DNA from: an uncultured cyanobacterium
Lineage (GTDB): Bacteria; Cyanobacteriota; Cyanobacteriia; Cyanobacteriales; CAWCAG01
Direction: 5' to 3'
Assembly: GCA_963803805.1 (NCBI GenBank)
Contig: CAWDOD010000004.1
Location: 384,001 to 448,000, forward strand
Length of the DNA: 64,000 nucleotides
The number at the start of each line of letters is the position of its first letter. Position 1 is the first letter of the stretch. Below the pieces are notes generated by a model. That model saw nothing but the letters and a program-made list of their open reading frames with translations. It did not search any database and was not told the origin of the DNA. The translations under genes and the position numbers were made by a program. This document shows, piece by piece, positions 17,736 through 27,045 of the stretch.

Positions 17736-18067
17736 GGCATATTATTCTCTTCAATCGCCCTAGTTTCTAGCGTAGGATTATCCCTAGCTAACTTCATTAC
17801 CCCTACCAGCATCAAAGCTTGAATTGAAAAGCCGATCACAATCGCTGTCAAAATAACTGCCTGGGGAACAGGATCTGCATAATTCACTTCTTTAGCATTA
17901 GCAACAATTGGTGTATATAAACCATTTTGTGATGCTACTAGGACATAATAGGCAATTACCCCCGTACTCATAATGTCCATTGAGACAATTTTCATTACCA
18001 AATTTTTTTTAAAAATAATACCGAAAAATCCACATAATATGGTGATGAATATACAAGCTTCTAACAT
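17732..18067 (-). CDS. mnhC: Mrp/Mnh subunit C
   Basis: ADPVPQAVILTAIVIG. Confidence 0.93.
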   Translation of the reverse strand: MLEACIFITILCGFFGIIFKKNLVMKIVSMDIMSTGVIAYYVLVASQNGLYTPIVANAKEVNYADPVPQAVILTAIVIGFSIQALMLVGVMKLARDNPTLETRAIEENNMP

Positions 18068-18473
18068 GGTTATTAATTAGTTTTTCTTAAAATCGAAATT
18101 AAATAGAACTTAGAATAACTGGAACTTTGCAAAAAAGTTAACTAGCCATGTTGATGTTAGATTAAATAGACTAAGACATAATCATAATAATTCAAATTGT
18201 ATATACTTAAATCTATTGTTAAAAAAGTTTCAATTGATTTTAATCTATATTCTGATTCTACATTAATAACAAAAAAAAGCAATATTCCCAGCTTATTAGC
18301 TTTCTTAATGCCATGATTAAAGAAAACTAATACATTTAGCTATTTGCGAACTCTTTGAGAGATCGTTTTTTCTATCATGCCTTCCTGTCTTTCTACCGAA
18401 TAGGTGGTATAGATTAATTATATAAATGCTAAATGGTGCGTTCCTGCACCCTACAGGAGCTAATTCAAAATTT

Positions 18474-19973
18474 ATGTCCAAGACATCTTCACAGTTTAAA
18501 TTCCTTCGCTGCCTAGTTTTGTGTATCGGGTTTATCGCTAGCCCTAGCAGTGTATTGGCTCAAATCGCTGGATTGCAAGCTAATGAGCTAACAGATATAC
18601 CAGACAATGATTATGAGGTAGACTCCGTTGAAATTGAGGAGAATAGTCCTAGCGATCGCCCACTTTCTGAATCGGGAGAACTCACCTTTGAATTTATTAC
18701 TCCCCAGAGTACTGACTCAACTGATACAGACACAGCTATAGACACCAAAACTGAAAGCGAAGATGGGATTGTTATTGATCAAGACAATACTGATCAACAG
18801 ATAGCCCAGAAAAAGTCGAAGAAAAAGAGTAAGAAATTTAAAAAGGGTAAGAAGTTTAAGAAATACTGTAGCCTCTTTTTTGAAGGCAAGGTTACTAAGG
18901 GTGCAGAATTTACCGCTACAGGCAATTTTAGCTCTGCTACATTAATCCAGGTTTTTGACGACGAAGCGGCTTACCTATCTGGGGCTTCAGCAATACAAAC
19001 TATCGAGTACTCAACCGCTTCTACCGAGGTTATCTCTGTTGGCGATCAAATTGGTAGCTTAAGCGTTAAGACATCTCAGACAGAGCAACTCACCTTTCAA
19101 TATCTTTCTGCAACCGATACTGACTATACAGATGTGGTGATTGGGCAAACAGACAAGGGATATGGGGCTGTATCTGGCATTGTTGATGCCGATGACGAGT
19201 CTTACGTTGTTGTATCTGACGGCAGGAAAGGCAAAAAGTGCAAGAAATTCAAGCGGGTAAGAAAGTGCAAAAAGGGAGCTAAACTTGCTGTTCAAGGAAA
19301 TATTGCTGCCGGAGGTGAATTTATCGAAGCGGTAGATTGTAGCTCTGACACACTCGTGCAAATTTTTGATGATGCACCGGAGTTCATCTTTCCTGATGTT
19401 CGTAAGAGCTACTGGGCTAGTCGTTTTATCTATCGGCTATCTTCCCTACAAATTGTGCAAGGTTTTCCGGATCGAGACTTCTTACCTGAGGCTGGCATAA
19501 CCCAAGCGCAGTTTGCTGCAATTGTTAGCAACGCCTTTAATGTCTCTCGAATCAGGCAGGCGACTGTAGTGGAAAGCATTTCCAGAGACTACTGGGCCCA
19601 CGGATATCTTCAAAACGCTTATTCAATGGGCTTCATCGACATCACTAGCAATAATTTCAATGTCGGGCAACGCCTCACTAAGCTAAATGTATTGACTTCA
19701 ATTGCCAAAGGGTTGGGATACACGCAAATAACTTCTGGCAGAAGCGTTGAAGATATCTTAAGTATCTTCAGCGATGGCAATAACATCCCTGCTAGCGATC
19801 GCATTTACATTGCCGCCTTAGTTGAAAAGGGTATTCTCGTAAACTACCCCAACCTCAACACCCTGAATATTAACCAAGTCATTTCACGGGCTGAAACCTG
19901 CGCCATCGTGCATCAAGCCCTAGTAAGTATGGGACAATTTGAGAGTATCAGCTCCGACTATATCGCCCAGTAG
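18474..19973 (+). CDS. Secreted S-layer homology (SLH) protein with internal Lys-rich repeats
   Basis: Signal peptide from ATG 18474 (track starts 18426); SLH motifs FPDVRKSYWA, GFPDRDFLPEAGITQAQFAA, ISRAETCA. Confidence 0.85.
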   Translation: MSKTSSQFKFLRCLVLCIGFIASPSSVLAQIAGLQANELTDIPDNDYEVDSVEIEENSPSDRPLSESGELTFEFITPQSTDSTDTDTAIDTKTESEDGIVIDQDNTDQQIAQKKSKKKSKKFKKGKKFKKYCSLFFEGKVTKGAEFTATGNFSSATLIQVFDDEAAYLSGASAIQTIEYSTASTEVISVGDQIGSLSVKTSQTEQLTFQYLSATDTDYTDVVIGQTDKGYGAVSGIVDADDESYVVVSDGRKGKKCKKFKRVRKCKKGAKLAVQGNIAAGGEFIEAVDCSSDTLVQIFDDAPEFIFPDVRKSYWASRFIYRLSSLQIVQGFPDRDFLPEAGITQAQFAAIVSNAFNVSRIRQATVVESISRDYWAHGYLQNAYSMGFIDITSNNFNVGQRLTKLNVLTSIAKGLGYTQITSGRSVEDILSIFSDGNNIPASDRIYIAALVEKGILVNYPNLNTLNINQVISRAETCAIVHQALVSMGQFESISSDYIAQ

Positions 19974-19978
19974 CAATA

Positions 19979-20100
19979 GTAGAGCGGGTTAGGTGGCAAA
20001 TTCAACCTGAAGGATAACTAACTAATCTTCATGCCCCCGTAACCCACCAATACCGAAACAGGTGAACGGTGGGTTACGCCTACGGCTAACGCCACCCTAC
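19979..20100. repeat. GTAG-type REP pair in inverted orientation (REPIN-like)
   Basis: Outer GTAGAGCGGGTTAG / CTAACGCCACCCTAC; inner perfect 11-bp IR CGTAACCCACC (20038-48) / GGTGGGTTACG (20068-78). Confidence 0.7.
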
Positions 20101-20124
20101 GAAATAAAGTACAACTTTTATCGT

Positions 20125-20161
20125 CAGGACGGTCAGGAAAACTTGATACGTCCTGCTTTTT
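20125..20161 (+). terminator. Intrinsic terminator-like hairpin
   Basis: CAGGACG-GTCAGG-AAAA-CTTGAT-A-CGTCCTG followed by CTTTTT. Confidence 0.55.
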
Positions 20162-20178
20162 CAATCCCCAAAATACTG

Positions 20179-22110
20179 ATGTCTAATCTCTCAATTCAGG
20201 TTTATAAAAATCTCAATTCGAGTCACTCGCCAGAAATTCGTTTACCGACAAACCTACCCCCATCAGACTTAATCAATCCCGTCTTAATCAAAACTGCCCA
20301 AGACTTGTTTACTGAAAATGGTGTTCTTGTTATTAAGGATCTCTTTGCCAAAGACTTGATTGCTGAACTAAATCAATCATTTTCTGAGCAATACAACCCT
20401 TACTTTGAAGATAAAAATCACGCAGATGCCTTAGAAGTCGGCGTTAAGCGGAAAATGATCACCATCAATTTTCAGGCTCCCTTCAACAACCGGGACTTGT
20501 ATGGCAATCCCTTCTTAATGCACTTAATGAAAGCCTTACTGGGGAAGGATTTTATTCTCGGTAGTTTTGGCGCTGTCATCGCTCTTCCAGGGGCTGAACA
20601 ACAACACATTCACCAAGATCACCCAGCCCTATTTGCAGATGAGGCTTTGGCTCTGCAACTACCTAGTTTTGCCATCACCGTTGTTGTTCCCCTAATTGAT
20701 TTGACACCAGCTACGGGATCTACCCAAGTGTGGAAAGGTAGTCATCGCCTCTCCCCCTCAGAAGAATTGGAGGATAAAAAATCATCGGTTCCCTTTGTGT
20801 CAACCGGATCTTGTTACTTAATGGACTATCAACTCTGGCATGGAGGAACACCGAACATTTCCCACCAGGTACGTCCCATTCTCTATATAGTCTACTATCG
20901 CTCTTGGTTTCAAGAAACTGTTAATTACGACAACCAAGCCCGCGTCTCTATTACCCAAAGTGAGTATCAAAAAATACCGGAAACCCATAAGTTTCTCTTT
21001 GCTAGACTTCAGGAGTTTTTTCAATTCAGTCAACTTGACAATCTCCAGGAAAATGCTCAGCTTCCTTCCCAAGAGCAAAGTCAATTAACCGCATCTGAAC
21101 AAGCCGAGAGTTTAAGCGAAATTGCTAAGCAAGCTCTCACTAAATATGGATTTAAGCAGGCTTCACTACAACTAATTTCTAACGGCGAAAATACGGTTTT
21201 TGCTGTTGATGCACCTAATGCACCTATCCCTCAACAAAATTGCTATTCACCTTCTCGCTTTGCTTTAAGGATTCATCGCCCCAACTATCTACCCCTTGAG
21301 GCTATCGACTCAGAATTACGCTGGCTACAATTCCTAACCCAAGAGGCAAAACTACCCGTCCCTCAGCCAATACCAACCTTAGAAGGCAAACTCTGTACCT
21401 TAATCAAAGTTCAGGGAGTGAGCCAGCCTCGCGTCTGCTCCTTAACTCGATGGTTAAAGGGTAATTCACCTTTAGAGCAAGAAGAGTCACAACTCCTCCA
21501 ATTTGAGTCTGTTGGTCGCCTTTTAGGGCAATTGCATTACTATGCTGAACATTGGTCGAAACCAGAAGGTTTTACTCGACCACATTGGGATTGGAATGGT
21601 TTATTTGGAAACATGGCGGGCTACAGCAATGATGGAGAGAGAGTTTGGCAGTTAACCCCGCAACCCTATAAAAACCTATTTGCAAATGTGAGCCAACAAT
21701 TCCAAAAAACCGTTGCTTTGTTAGAAAAAGATCCCAGTCAGTTTGGTTTGATTCATGGGGACTTTTGGGCAGGAAATCTGCTGATTCATGGGCAGGAAAT
21801 AGGGGTTATTGACTTTGCTGATTGTGGTTTTGGTTATTGGATCTATGATGTAGCTAGATTTTTAAATGACTTTGTAGCAGAGGCTGACTTCCCTTTGTAT
21901 TTAGATAAGCTTTTATACGGCTACAACCAGATCAAACCCTTCCCAGAAGTACAGTTGCCCCATCTTAATACTTTTATTGCGGCTCAATATGCAGCCTATG
22001 GTTTGTGGCAAGTGAATCGCGCCCAAGATCATCCTTCTTTCCGGGCTACGTTAGAAGAAGAGTTAGCAGATACGGCTATGTGGATTGAGCAGCTTATGGC
22101 AATGGGTTAG
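20179..22110 (+). CDS. Fusion: PhyH-family Fe(II)/2OG dioxygenase + APH/homoserine-kinase-II-type phosphotransferase
   Basis: QHIHQD...WHGG...RPILY in the N-half; NGENTVF, LRIHRP, LIHGDFWAGN and IDFADCG in the C-half. Track start 20062 lies inside a REP; ATG 20179 is more likely. Confidence 0.85.
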   Translation: MSNLSIQVYKNLNSSHSPEIRLPTNLPPSDLINPVLIKTAQDLFTENGVLVIKDLFAKDLIAELNQSFSEQYNPYFEDKNHADALEVGVKRKMITINFQAPFNNRDLYGNPFLMHLMKALLGKDFILGSFGAVIALPGAEQQHIHQDHPALFADEALALQLPSFAITVVVPLIDLTPATGSTQVWKGSHRLSPSEELEDKKSSVPFVSTGSCYLMDYQLWHGGTPNISHQVRPILYIVYYRSWFQETVNYDNQARVSITQSEYQKIPETHKFLFARLQEFFQFSQLDNLQENAQLPSQEQSQLTASEQAESLSEIAKQALTKYGFKQASLQLISNGENTVFAVDAPNAPIPQQNCYSPSRFALRIHRPNYLPLEAIDSELRWLQFLTQEAKLPVPQPIPTLEGKLCTLIKVQGVSQPRVCSLTRWLKGNSPLEQEESQLLQFESVGRLLGQLHYYAEHWSKPEGFTRPHWDWNGLFGNMAGYSNDGERVWQLTPQPYKNLFANVSQQFQKTVALLEKDPSQFGLIHGDFWAGNLLIHGQEIGVIDFADCGFGYWIYDVARFLNDFVAEADFPLYLDKLLYGYNQIKPFPEVQLPHLNTFIAAQYAAYGLWQVNRAQDHPSFRATLEEELADTAMWIEQLMAMG

Positions 22111-22153
22111 TGAAATTAGTCTTGTCGCTTTCTTTTCGAGAATTGTTAAACTC

Positions 22154-22450
22154 TTAATTCAAACCAAGTTCGCTCATAAGTTGCTGATGAGTAATGTTCT
22201 TACTAGAGCGGCTGTTGGTTTTTCGCTTCAACTCGTTATCAGGAATATCTTTCAGGGTCAATACTGGTAACTTCAACGCTTCTTGGAAAGACTTGATATC
22301 TTCTACTAACTCTGGAAAAGTGCGCCCTGAAGGTTCAATGGCTTTAGCGCTACAGGCTGTGATAGAGCCATCTTCAGCGTAGAAAACTTCGCGAATAATA
22401 TAATCGCCATCCGCCTCTTGAAAAACCCGATAATTCCAAGTTATAGTCAT
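22154..22450 (-). CDS. Hypothetical protein, putative antitoxin partner
   Basis: Overlaps the RelE-like stop (ATGA); WNYRV...IREVFY N-part and ITHQQLMSELGL tail. Confidence 0.55.
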   Translation of the reverse strand: MTITWNYRVFQEADGDYIIREVFYAEDGSITACSAKAIEPSGRTFPELVEDIKSFQEALKLPVLTLKDIPDNELKRKTNSRSSKNITHQQLMSELGLN

Positions 22451-22704
22451 AATTCCTCCTGTTGTCCCCTAAAGAAAAAGTTGTTACGCTGTTTTTCTCC
22501 AACTCGTTGGATTTCTACAACTGTTATCTTCTCCACAACATTATATAAAACTCTAAATTTACCAATTCTTAGTTCCCATTCTGCAAAACTATTTGGTCGC
22601 ATTGGTTTACGGTTGCGAGTTTCAACAGTTGGCTCGTAGCTGAGTTGTACATCTACGTTTTCGAGTATTTCTTTCTGTTCATGCTTAGGAAAATGCTTGG
22701 TCAA
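22447..22704 (-). CDS. RelE/ParE-superfamily toxin, possibly N-terminally truncated
   Basis: QLSYEPTVETRNRKPMRPN...WELRIGKFRVLYNV...VGEKQRN; TTG start, first strand apparently missing. Confidence 0.75.
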   Translation of the reverse strand: MTKHFPKHEQKEILENVDVQLSYEPTVETRNRKPMRPNSFAEWELRIGKFRVLYNVVEKITVVEIQRVGEKQRNNFFFRGQQEEL

Positions 22705-22814
22705 TGGCTATTTAATGAATATGCAGGAGAAACTGCGGTGCTAAAATTAATTTCAGTGGAATTTTCAATACTTTTGTCAGAACTTTACGATAAGGTAAAT
22801 TTTGAAACTTCTGA

Positions 22815-23342
22815 ATGATTTACAAGCACTTTAATTTGCTGCTACGGCAAGTCCTTGACGTTTGTGAGTTTTCTGGAACCGTAACAATATTTGGTATGAA
22901 AGTAGTTTTGTCATCTAAAACGGTTATCTTTGCTATAAGACTCAATGATAAATATCATATTGGATTAGAACTAGAAAGTAGACGCTACATTCATAATTTC
23001 CCATTTAAGACGCTGCTAGATGCAGTAGATTTTGCTTTCAGGGTATTAGAAGCGGGAGGAGTAGATTTGCAGTATTGGGAAATAGCTGATGAGTACGATT
23101 TATGGGATCAATTTTTGATTCGTGATTATGATAAAAAAGATCGAAATTATAAAGCGCATATTTGGGATGGGCTTGATACATTGTGCAAAATGTGGAGTAC
23201 TGGTGGACTTGGATACAAATATGATCTTTTCAAGACTGATTTGAATAGAGATATTTGTACTATGTGCTTTAACAAATTGAGGCGGAATTCAACGAAACTA
23301 TTTAAACTAAAGGGGTCAAATAATGAATACAGCCAAAATTAG
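22815..23342 (+). CDS. Hypothetical protein with C-terminal His/Cys cluster
   Basis: 175-aa ORF with HIWDGLDTLC...ICTMC; overlaps vapB start. Confidence 0.55.
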   Translation: MIYKHFNLLLRQVLDVCEFSGTVTIFGMKVVLSSKTVIFAIRLNDKYHIGLELESRRYIHNFPFKTLLDAVDFAFRVLEAGGVDLQYWEIADEYDLWDQFLIRDYDKKDRNYKAHIWDGLDTLCKMWSTGGLGYKYDLFKTDLNRDICTMCFNKLRRNSTKLFKLKGSNNEYSQN

Positions 23343-23577
23343 TACTGATGGCAACCATCAAATCGTCATATTACCCGAAGATTTCAAAATGTCAGGTACA
23401 GAAGTTTACATTAAAAAAGTGGGCAATGCGATTGTTCTTATTGCCAAAGATAATCCCTGGCAAGCTCTTTTTGAAAGCTTAGAGCAATTTTCTGATGATT
23501 TCCTGACAACTAGAGAGCAACCTCCTATCGATGTCCGACATAACTCTATCTTTTCTTTAGGAGTAGAAAATTGTTAA
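23323..23577 (+). CDS. vapB: VapB-type (AbrB/SpoVT) antitoxin, orphan
   Basis: MNTAKI.TDGNHQIVILP..F...EVYIKKVGNAIVLI...W...FSDDF..REQP; no vapC follows. Confidence 0.8.
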   Translation: MNTAKISTDGNHQIVILPEDFKMSGTEVYIKKVGNAIVLIAKDNPWQALFESLEQFSDDFLTTREQPPIDVRHNSIFSLGVENC

Positions 23578-23816
23578 ACTAGCGATCGCCTTTAAGTAAA
23601 CGATCAGGATCTAAAAATCTCTAGCACCTAGAGGTTTTAGCTGGTTTGACTACCGTGGCGAAGATACAGGCTATGGTAGTTGGTGCGTAATATAACCAAA
23701 GACAGAGCAATCTAAGCTTTCCTTGGGTAAAAATTAAGGATCGGACATATTTTTAGGTTAACCTACAGGCTGAGCCAAAAAGTAACCTTATAACCGATTA
23801 GGAGCCTAGCATAAAA

Positions 23817-26795
23817 GTGGTTGCTCAACTAACTGACCAAGACTACGAAACAAAAACCCAAGAAATCGCCAAACAGCTTTTACAAGCGACTAGAGATAAG
23901 CCTTCTCTGTTTGCCCAAGTACGTAATCAAATGCGTTGGGATGATAAACTTCTTGATTGGGCTATGGCTAACCCCAACTTGAGGGTACAGTTATTTCGCT
24001 TCATTGACTGTTTACCAGCATTGCGTAGTAAAAGCGAGATTGCCCGACATTTACAAGAGTATTTGGGTGATGAGTCAGTCGAGTTGCCCTCTGCATTGAA
24101 AGGTATCCTCAACTTTAGTGATCCTAACTCTCCCCCTGCCCAATTAGCAGCGGCTACGGTGACTAAAGCTGTGGAAACTTTAGCTTTTAAGTATATTGCT
24201 GGGGAAAATATTAAGCAAACTGTTAAAACTATTGAACGCCTGCGGAAAGAGAAGATGGCTTTTACCATCGATCTGTTGGGAGAAGCTGTTATTACTGAGG
24301 CTGAGGCGGAGTCGTACTTACAAAGCTACTTAGAATTACTCGAACAGTTAACCCAAGCGGCGCAAAATTGGTCAACGGTGGAACAGATTGATGTGGCTGA
24401 TGGGGAAGCTTTGCCGAAGGTGCAAGTATCCGTTAAGCTGACAGCTTTTTATTCCCAATTTGATCCCCTTGATCCCCAAGGTAGCAAAGAAAGAGTCTGC
24501 GATCGCATTCGTATTCTCCTTCGTAGGGCGAAGGAGTTGGGGGCTGCTGTTCATTTTGATATGGAACAGTATGTTTATAAGGATATGACTTTGGCTATCC
24601 TGAAAGAGTTGTTGGTAGAAGAGGAGTTTCGTCAGCGTAGTGATATTGGCGTAACTTTACAAGGCTATTTACAAGATTCCAAGGCGGATTTAGAAGAATT
24701 AATTGCCTGGGCGAAAAAACGTGGTTGTCCTGTGACGGTGCGTTTGGTTAAAGGAGCCTATTGGGACCAAGAAACCATTAAATCAATCCAACATGGTTGG
24801 CAACAGCCTGTGTACAACGATAAAGCTGCCACTGATGCTAACTTTGAGGCTATGGTACAGCTATTGTTAGAAAACCACGAGTATTTATCTGCCGCAATCG
24901 GTAGTCATAATGTGCGATCGCAGGCTAAAGCAATGGCCATCGCCGAGACTTTGCAGATTCCTCGCCGCCGTTTTGAAATGCAAGTCCTTTATGGTATGGG
25001 AGATCAATTAGCTAAAGCTTTGGTGAAACGAGGACATCGAGTGAGGGTTTACTCTCCCTACGGTAAGCTTCTCCCCGGCATGGCTTATTTAATTCGTCGT
25101 TTATTGGAAAATACGGCCAATAGTTCTTTCCTACGGCAGAATTTGGAACAACGTCCCATTGAAGAATTAGTTGCCCCGCCCCAACCAGAAGAACATGACA
25201 GCCTCCAACCTGCTAACCTCCAACCTTTTGCCAACGCTGCCGATACCGACTATGCCGAAATTAATCAGCGTCAAGCTGCTAAGGAAGCTTTAGCCCAGGT
25301 ACAACAATCTTTAGGCAAAACCTACTTACCCTTAATTAACGGGGAATATGTTCAAACCCTAGATACTATAGACTCCGTTAACCCTTCTAAACCCCAAGAA
25401 GTTATTGGGGTTGTGGGGCAAATTTCTGTTGAACAAGCAGCAGAAGCTATGGAGGCAGCTAAGGAAGCTTTTCCTAGTTGGCAACAAACCCCTGTAACAG
25501 AAAGGGCCGCGATTTTGCGCCAAGCAGCCCAGTTAATGGAACAACGGCGACATGAACTCTCTGCTTGGGTGAGTTTAGAAGTTGGTAAGATTTTGCCCCA
25601 AGCTGATGCAGAAGTCTCTGAAGCTATTGATTTTTGCCGCTACTATGCTGAGGAGATGGAAAGGTTAGATCAAGGTTATGAATATGATTTAGCTGGGGAA
25701 ACTAACCGCTACTTTTACCAACCGCGAGGCATTGCTGTAGTTATTTCTCCTTGGAATTTCCCTATCGCTATTGCTACAGGAATGGCTGTTGCTGCTTTGG
25801 TGACAGGAAACTGTACTTTGCTTAAGCCTGCTGCCCCATCTTCGGTGATTGCAGCTAAGATAACTGAAATCCTCGTTGAAGCAGGCATTCCCCCAGGAGT
25901 ATTTCAATATGTTCCTGGTAAGGGTTCTACTGTAGGAGATTATTTAGTTAAGCATCCTGATACTCACCTCATTGCTTTCACCGGTTCCCAAGAAGTCGGT
26001 TGTCGTATCTATGCCGATGCCGCAGTATTGCAACCGGGGCAAAAACATCTTAAGCGAGTTATTGCTGAGATGGGGGGCAAAAATGCTGTTATTGTTGATG
26101 AGAGTGCTGATTTAGATCAAGCTGTTGCAGGAATTGTGCAATCTGCTTTCGGTTATACAGGGCAGAAATGTTCTGCTTGTTCGCGGGTAATAGTTTTAGA
26201 ATCTGTATACGACAGCTTCTTAAGCCGGTTAGTAGAAGCAACTCGTTCCCTGAATATTGGTAAGGCAGAAGATCCTAGCACTCAAATTGGCCCTGTGGTG
26301 GATGACAAAGCAAGGCAGGGTATTTTAGCTTATATCGCTAAAGGGAAAGAAGAAGCAGAGGTTGCCCTAGAAGTAGATGTTCCCGATGAAGGTTATTTTG
26401 TCAGTCCAACAATTTTCACCAAAGTTGACCCTGATGCAACTATAGCCCAAGAAGAAATTTTTGGCCCAGTGGTTGCAGTGATTAAGGTGGAAAGCTTTGC
26501 GGCTGCTTTAGATGTGGCTAATGGGACTAACTACGCCCTAACTGGGGGTTTATATTCCCGTACTCCTTCCCATATCGATAGGGCGAATAAGGAGTTTGCT
26601 GTCGGCAACCTCTACATTAACCGCAATACAACCGGGGCGATTGTTTCCCGCCAACCCTTTGGTGGCTTCAAACTTTCCGGTGTCGGTTCCAAAGCCGGAG
26701 GGCCAGATTATCTTTTACAATTCCTTGAACCTCGTACAGTGACTGAAAATGTTCAACGTCAGGGATTTGCCCCCATTGAAGGAGTAGACGCTTAA
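23817..26795 (+). CDS. putA: Bifunctional proline dehydrogenase / P5C dehydrogenase
   Basis: DLLGEA, VRLVKGAYWD, YLIRRLLENTAN, SPWNFP, AEMGGKN, GQKCSAC, EEIFGP. Confidence 0.97.
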   Translation: MVAQLTDQDYETKTQEIAKQLLQATRDKPSLFAQVRNQMRWDDKLLDWAMANPNLRVQLFRFIDCLPALRSKSEIARHLQEYLGDESVELPSALKGILNFSDPNSPPAQLAAATVTKAVETLAFKYIAGENIKQTVKTIERLRKEKMAFTIDLLGEAVITEAEAESYLQSYLELLEQLTQAAQNWSTVEQIDVADGEALPKVQVSVKLTAFYSQFDPLDPQGSKERVCDRIRILLRRAKELGAAVHFDMEQYVYKDMTLAILKELLVEEEFRQRSDIGVTLQGYLQDSKADLEELIAWAKKRGCPVTVRLVKGAYWDQETIKSIQHGWQQPVYNDKAATDANFEAMVQLLLENHEYLSAAIGSHNVRSQAKAMAIAETLQIPRRRFEMQVLYGMGDQLAKALVKRGHRVRVYSPYGKLLPGMAYLIRRLLENTANSSFLRQNLEQRPIEELVAPPQPEEHDSLQPANLQPFANAADTDYAEINQRQAAKEALAQVQQSLGKTYLPLINGEYVQTLDTIDSVNPSKPQEVIGVVGQISVEQAAEAMEAAKEAFPSWQQTPVTERAAILRQAAQLMEQRRHELSAWVSLEVGKILPQADAEVSEAIDFCRYYAEEMERLDQGYEYDLAGETNRYFYQPRGIAVVISPWNFPIAIATGMAVAALVTGNCTLLKPAAPSSVIAAKITEILVEAGIPPGVFQYVPGKGSTVGDYLVKHPDTHLIAFTGSQEVGCRIYADAAVLQPGQKHLKRVIAEMGGKNAVIVDESADLDQAVAGIVQSAFGYTGQKCSACSRVIVLESVYDSFLSRLVEATRSLNIGKAEDPSTQIGPVVDDKARQGILAYIAKGKEEAEVALEVDVPDEGYFVSPTIFTKVDPDATIAQEEIFGPVVAVIKVESFAAALDVANGTNYALTGGLYSRTPSHIDRANKEFAVGNLYINRNTTGAIVSRQPFGGFKLSGVGSKAGGPDYLLQFLEPRTVTENVQRQGFAPIEGVDA

Positions 26796-26848
26796 GAGTA
26801 TTTTGCGTATAAAATTGGCTCTTCTGTAGAAAGTAAAGTATATAGCTA

Positions 26849-26985
26849 GTAGGGTAGGCAAAATGAATAAGTAAAATCAGCATCAAATATTCGTCTATTA
26901 TTGCCCACCAGAATTAACTGGGTAATGGTGGGCAATAATAATATTTTTGTTGATTAAACTTATCTAAAACATTTGCCCAGCCTAC
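26849..26985. repeat. Second GTAG-type REP pair (REPIN-like)
   Basis: GTAGGGTAGGCAAA...TTTGCCCAGCCTAC; inner perfect 15-bp IR TATTATTGCCCACCA (26896-910) / TGGTGGGCAATAATA (26926-940). Confidence 0.75.
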
Positions 26986-27045
26986 TTTCTTATCTGGGAT
27001 ATAAATTCAGGAATAAAGTTTACTACTCTTTCGGGTCATCTATCA

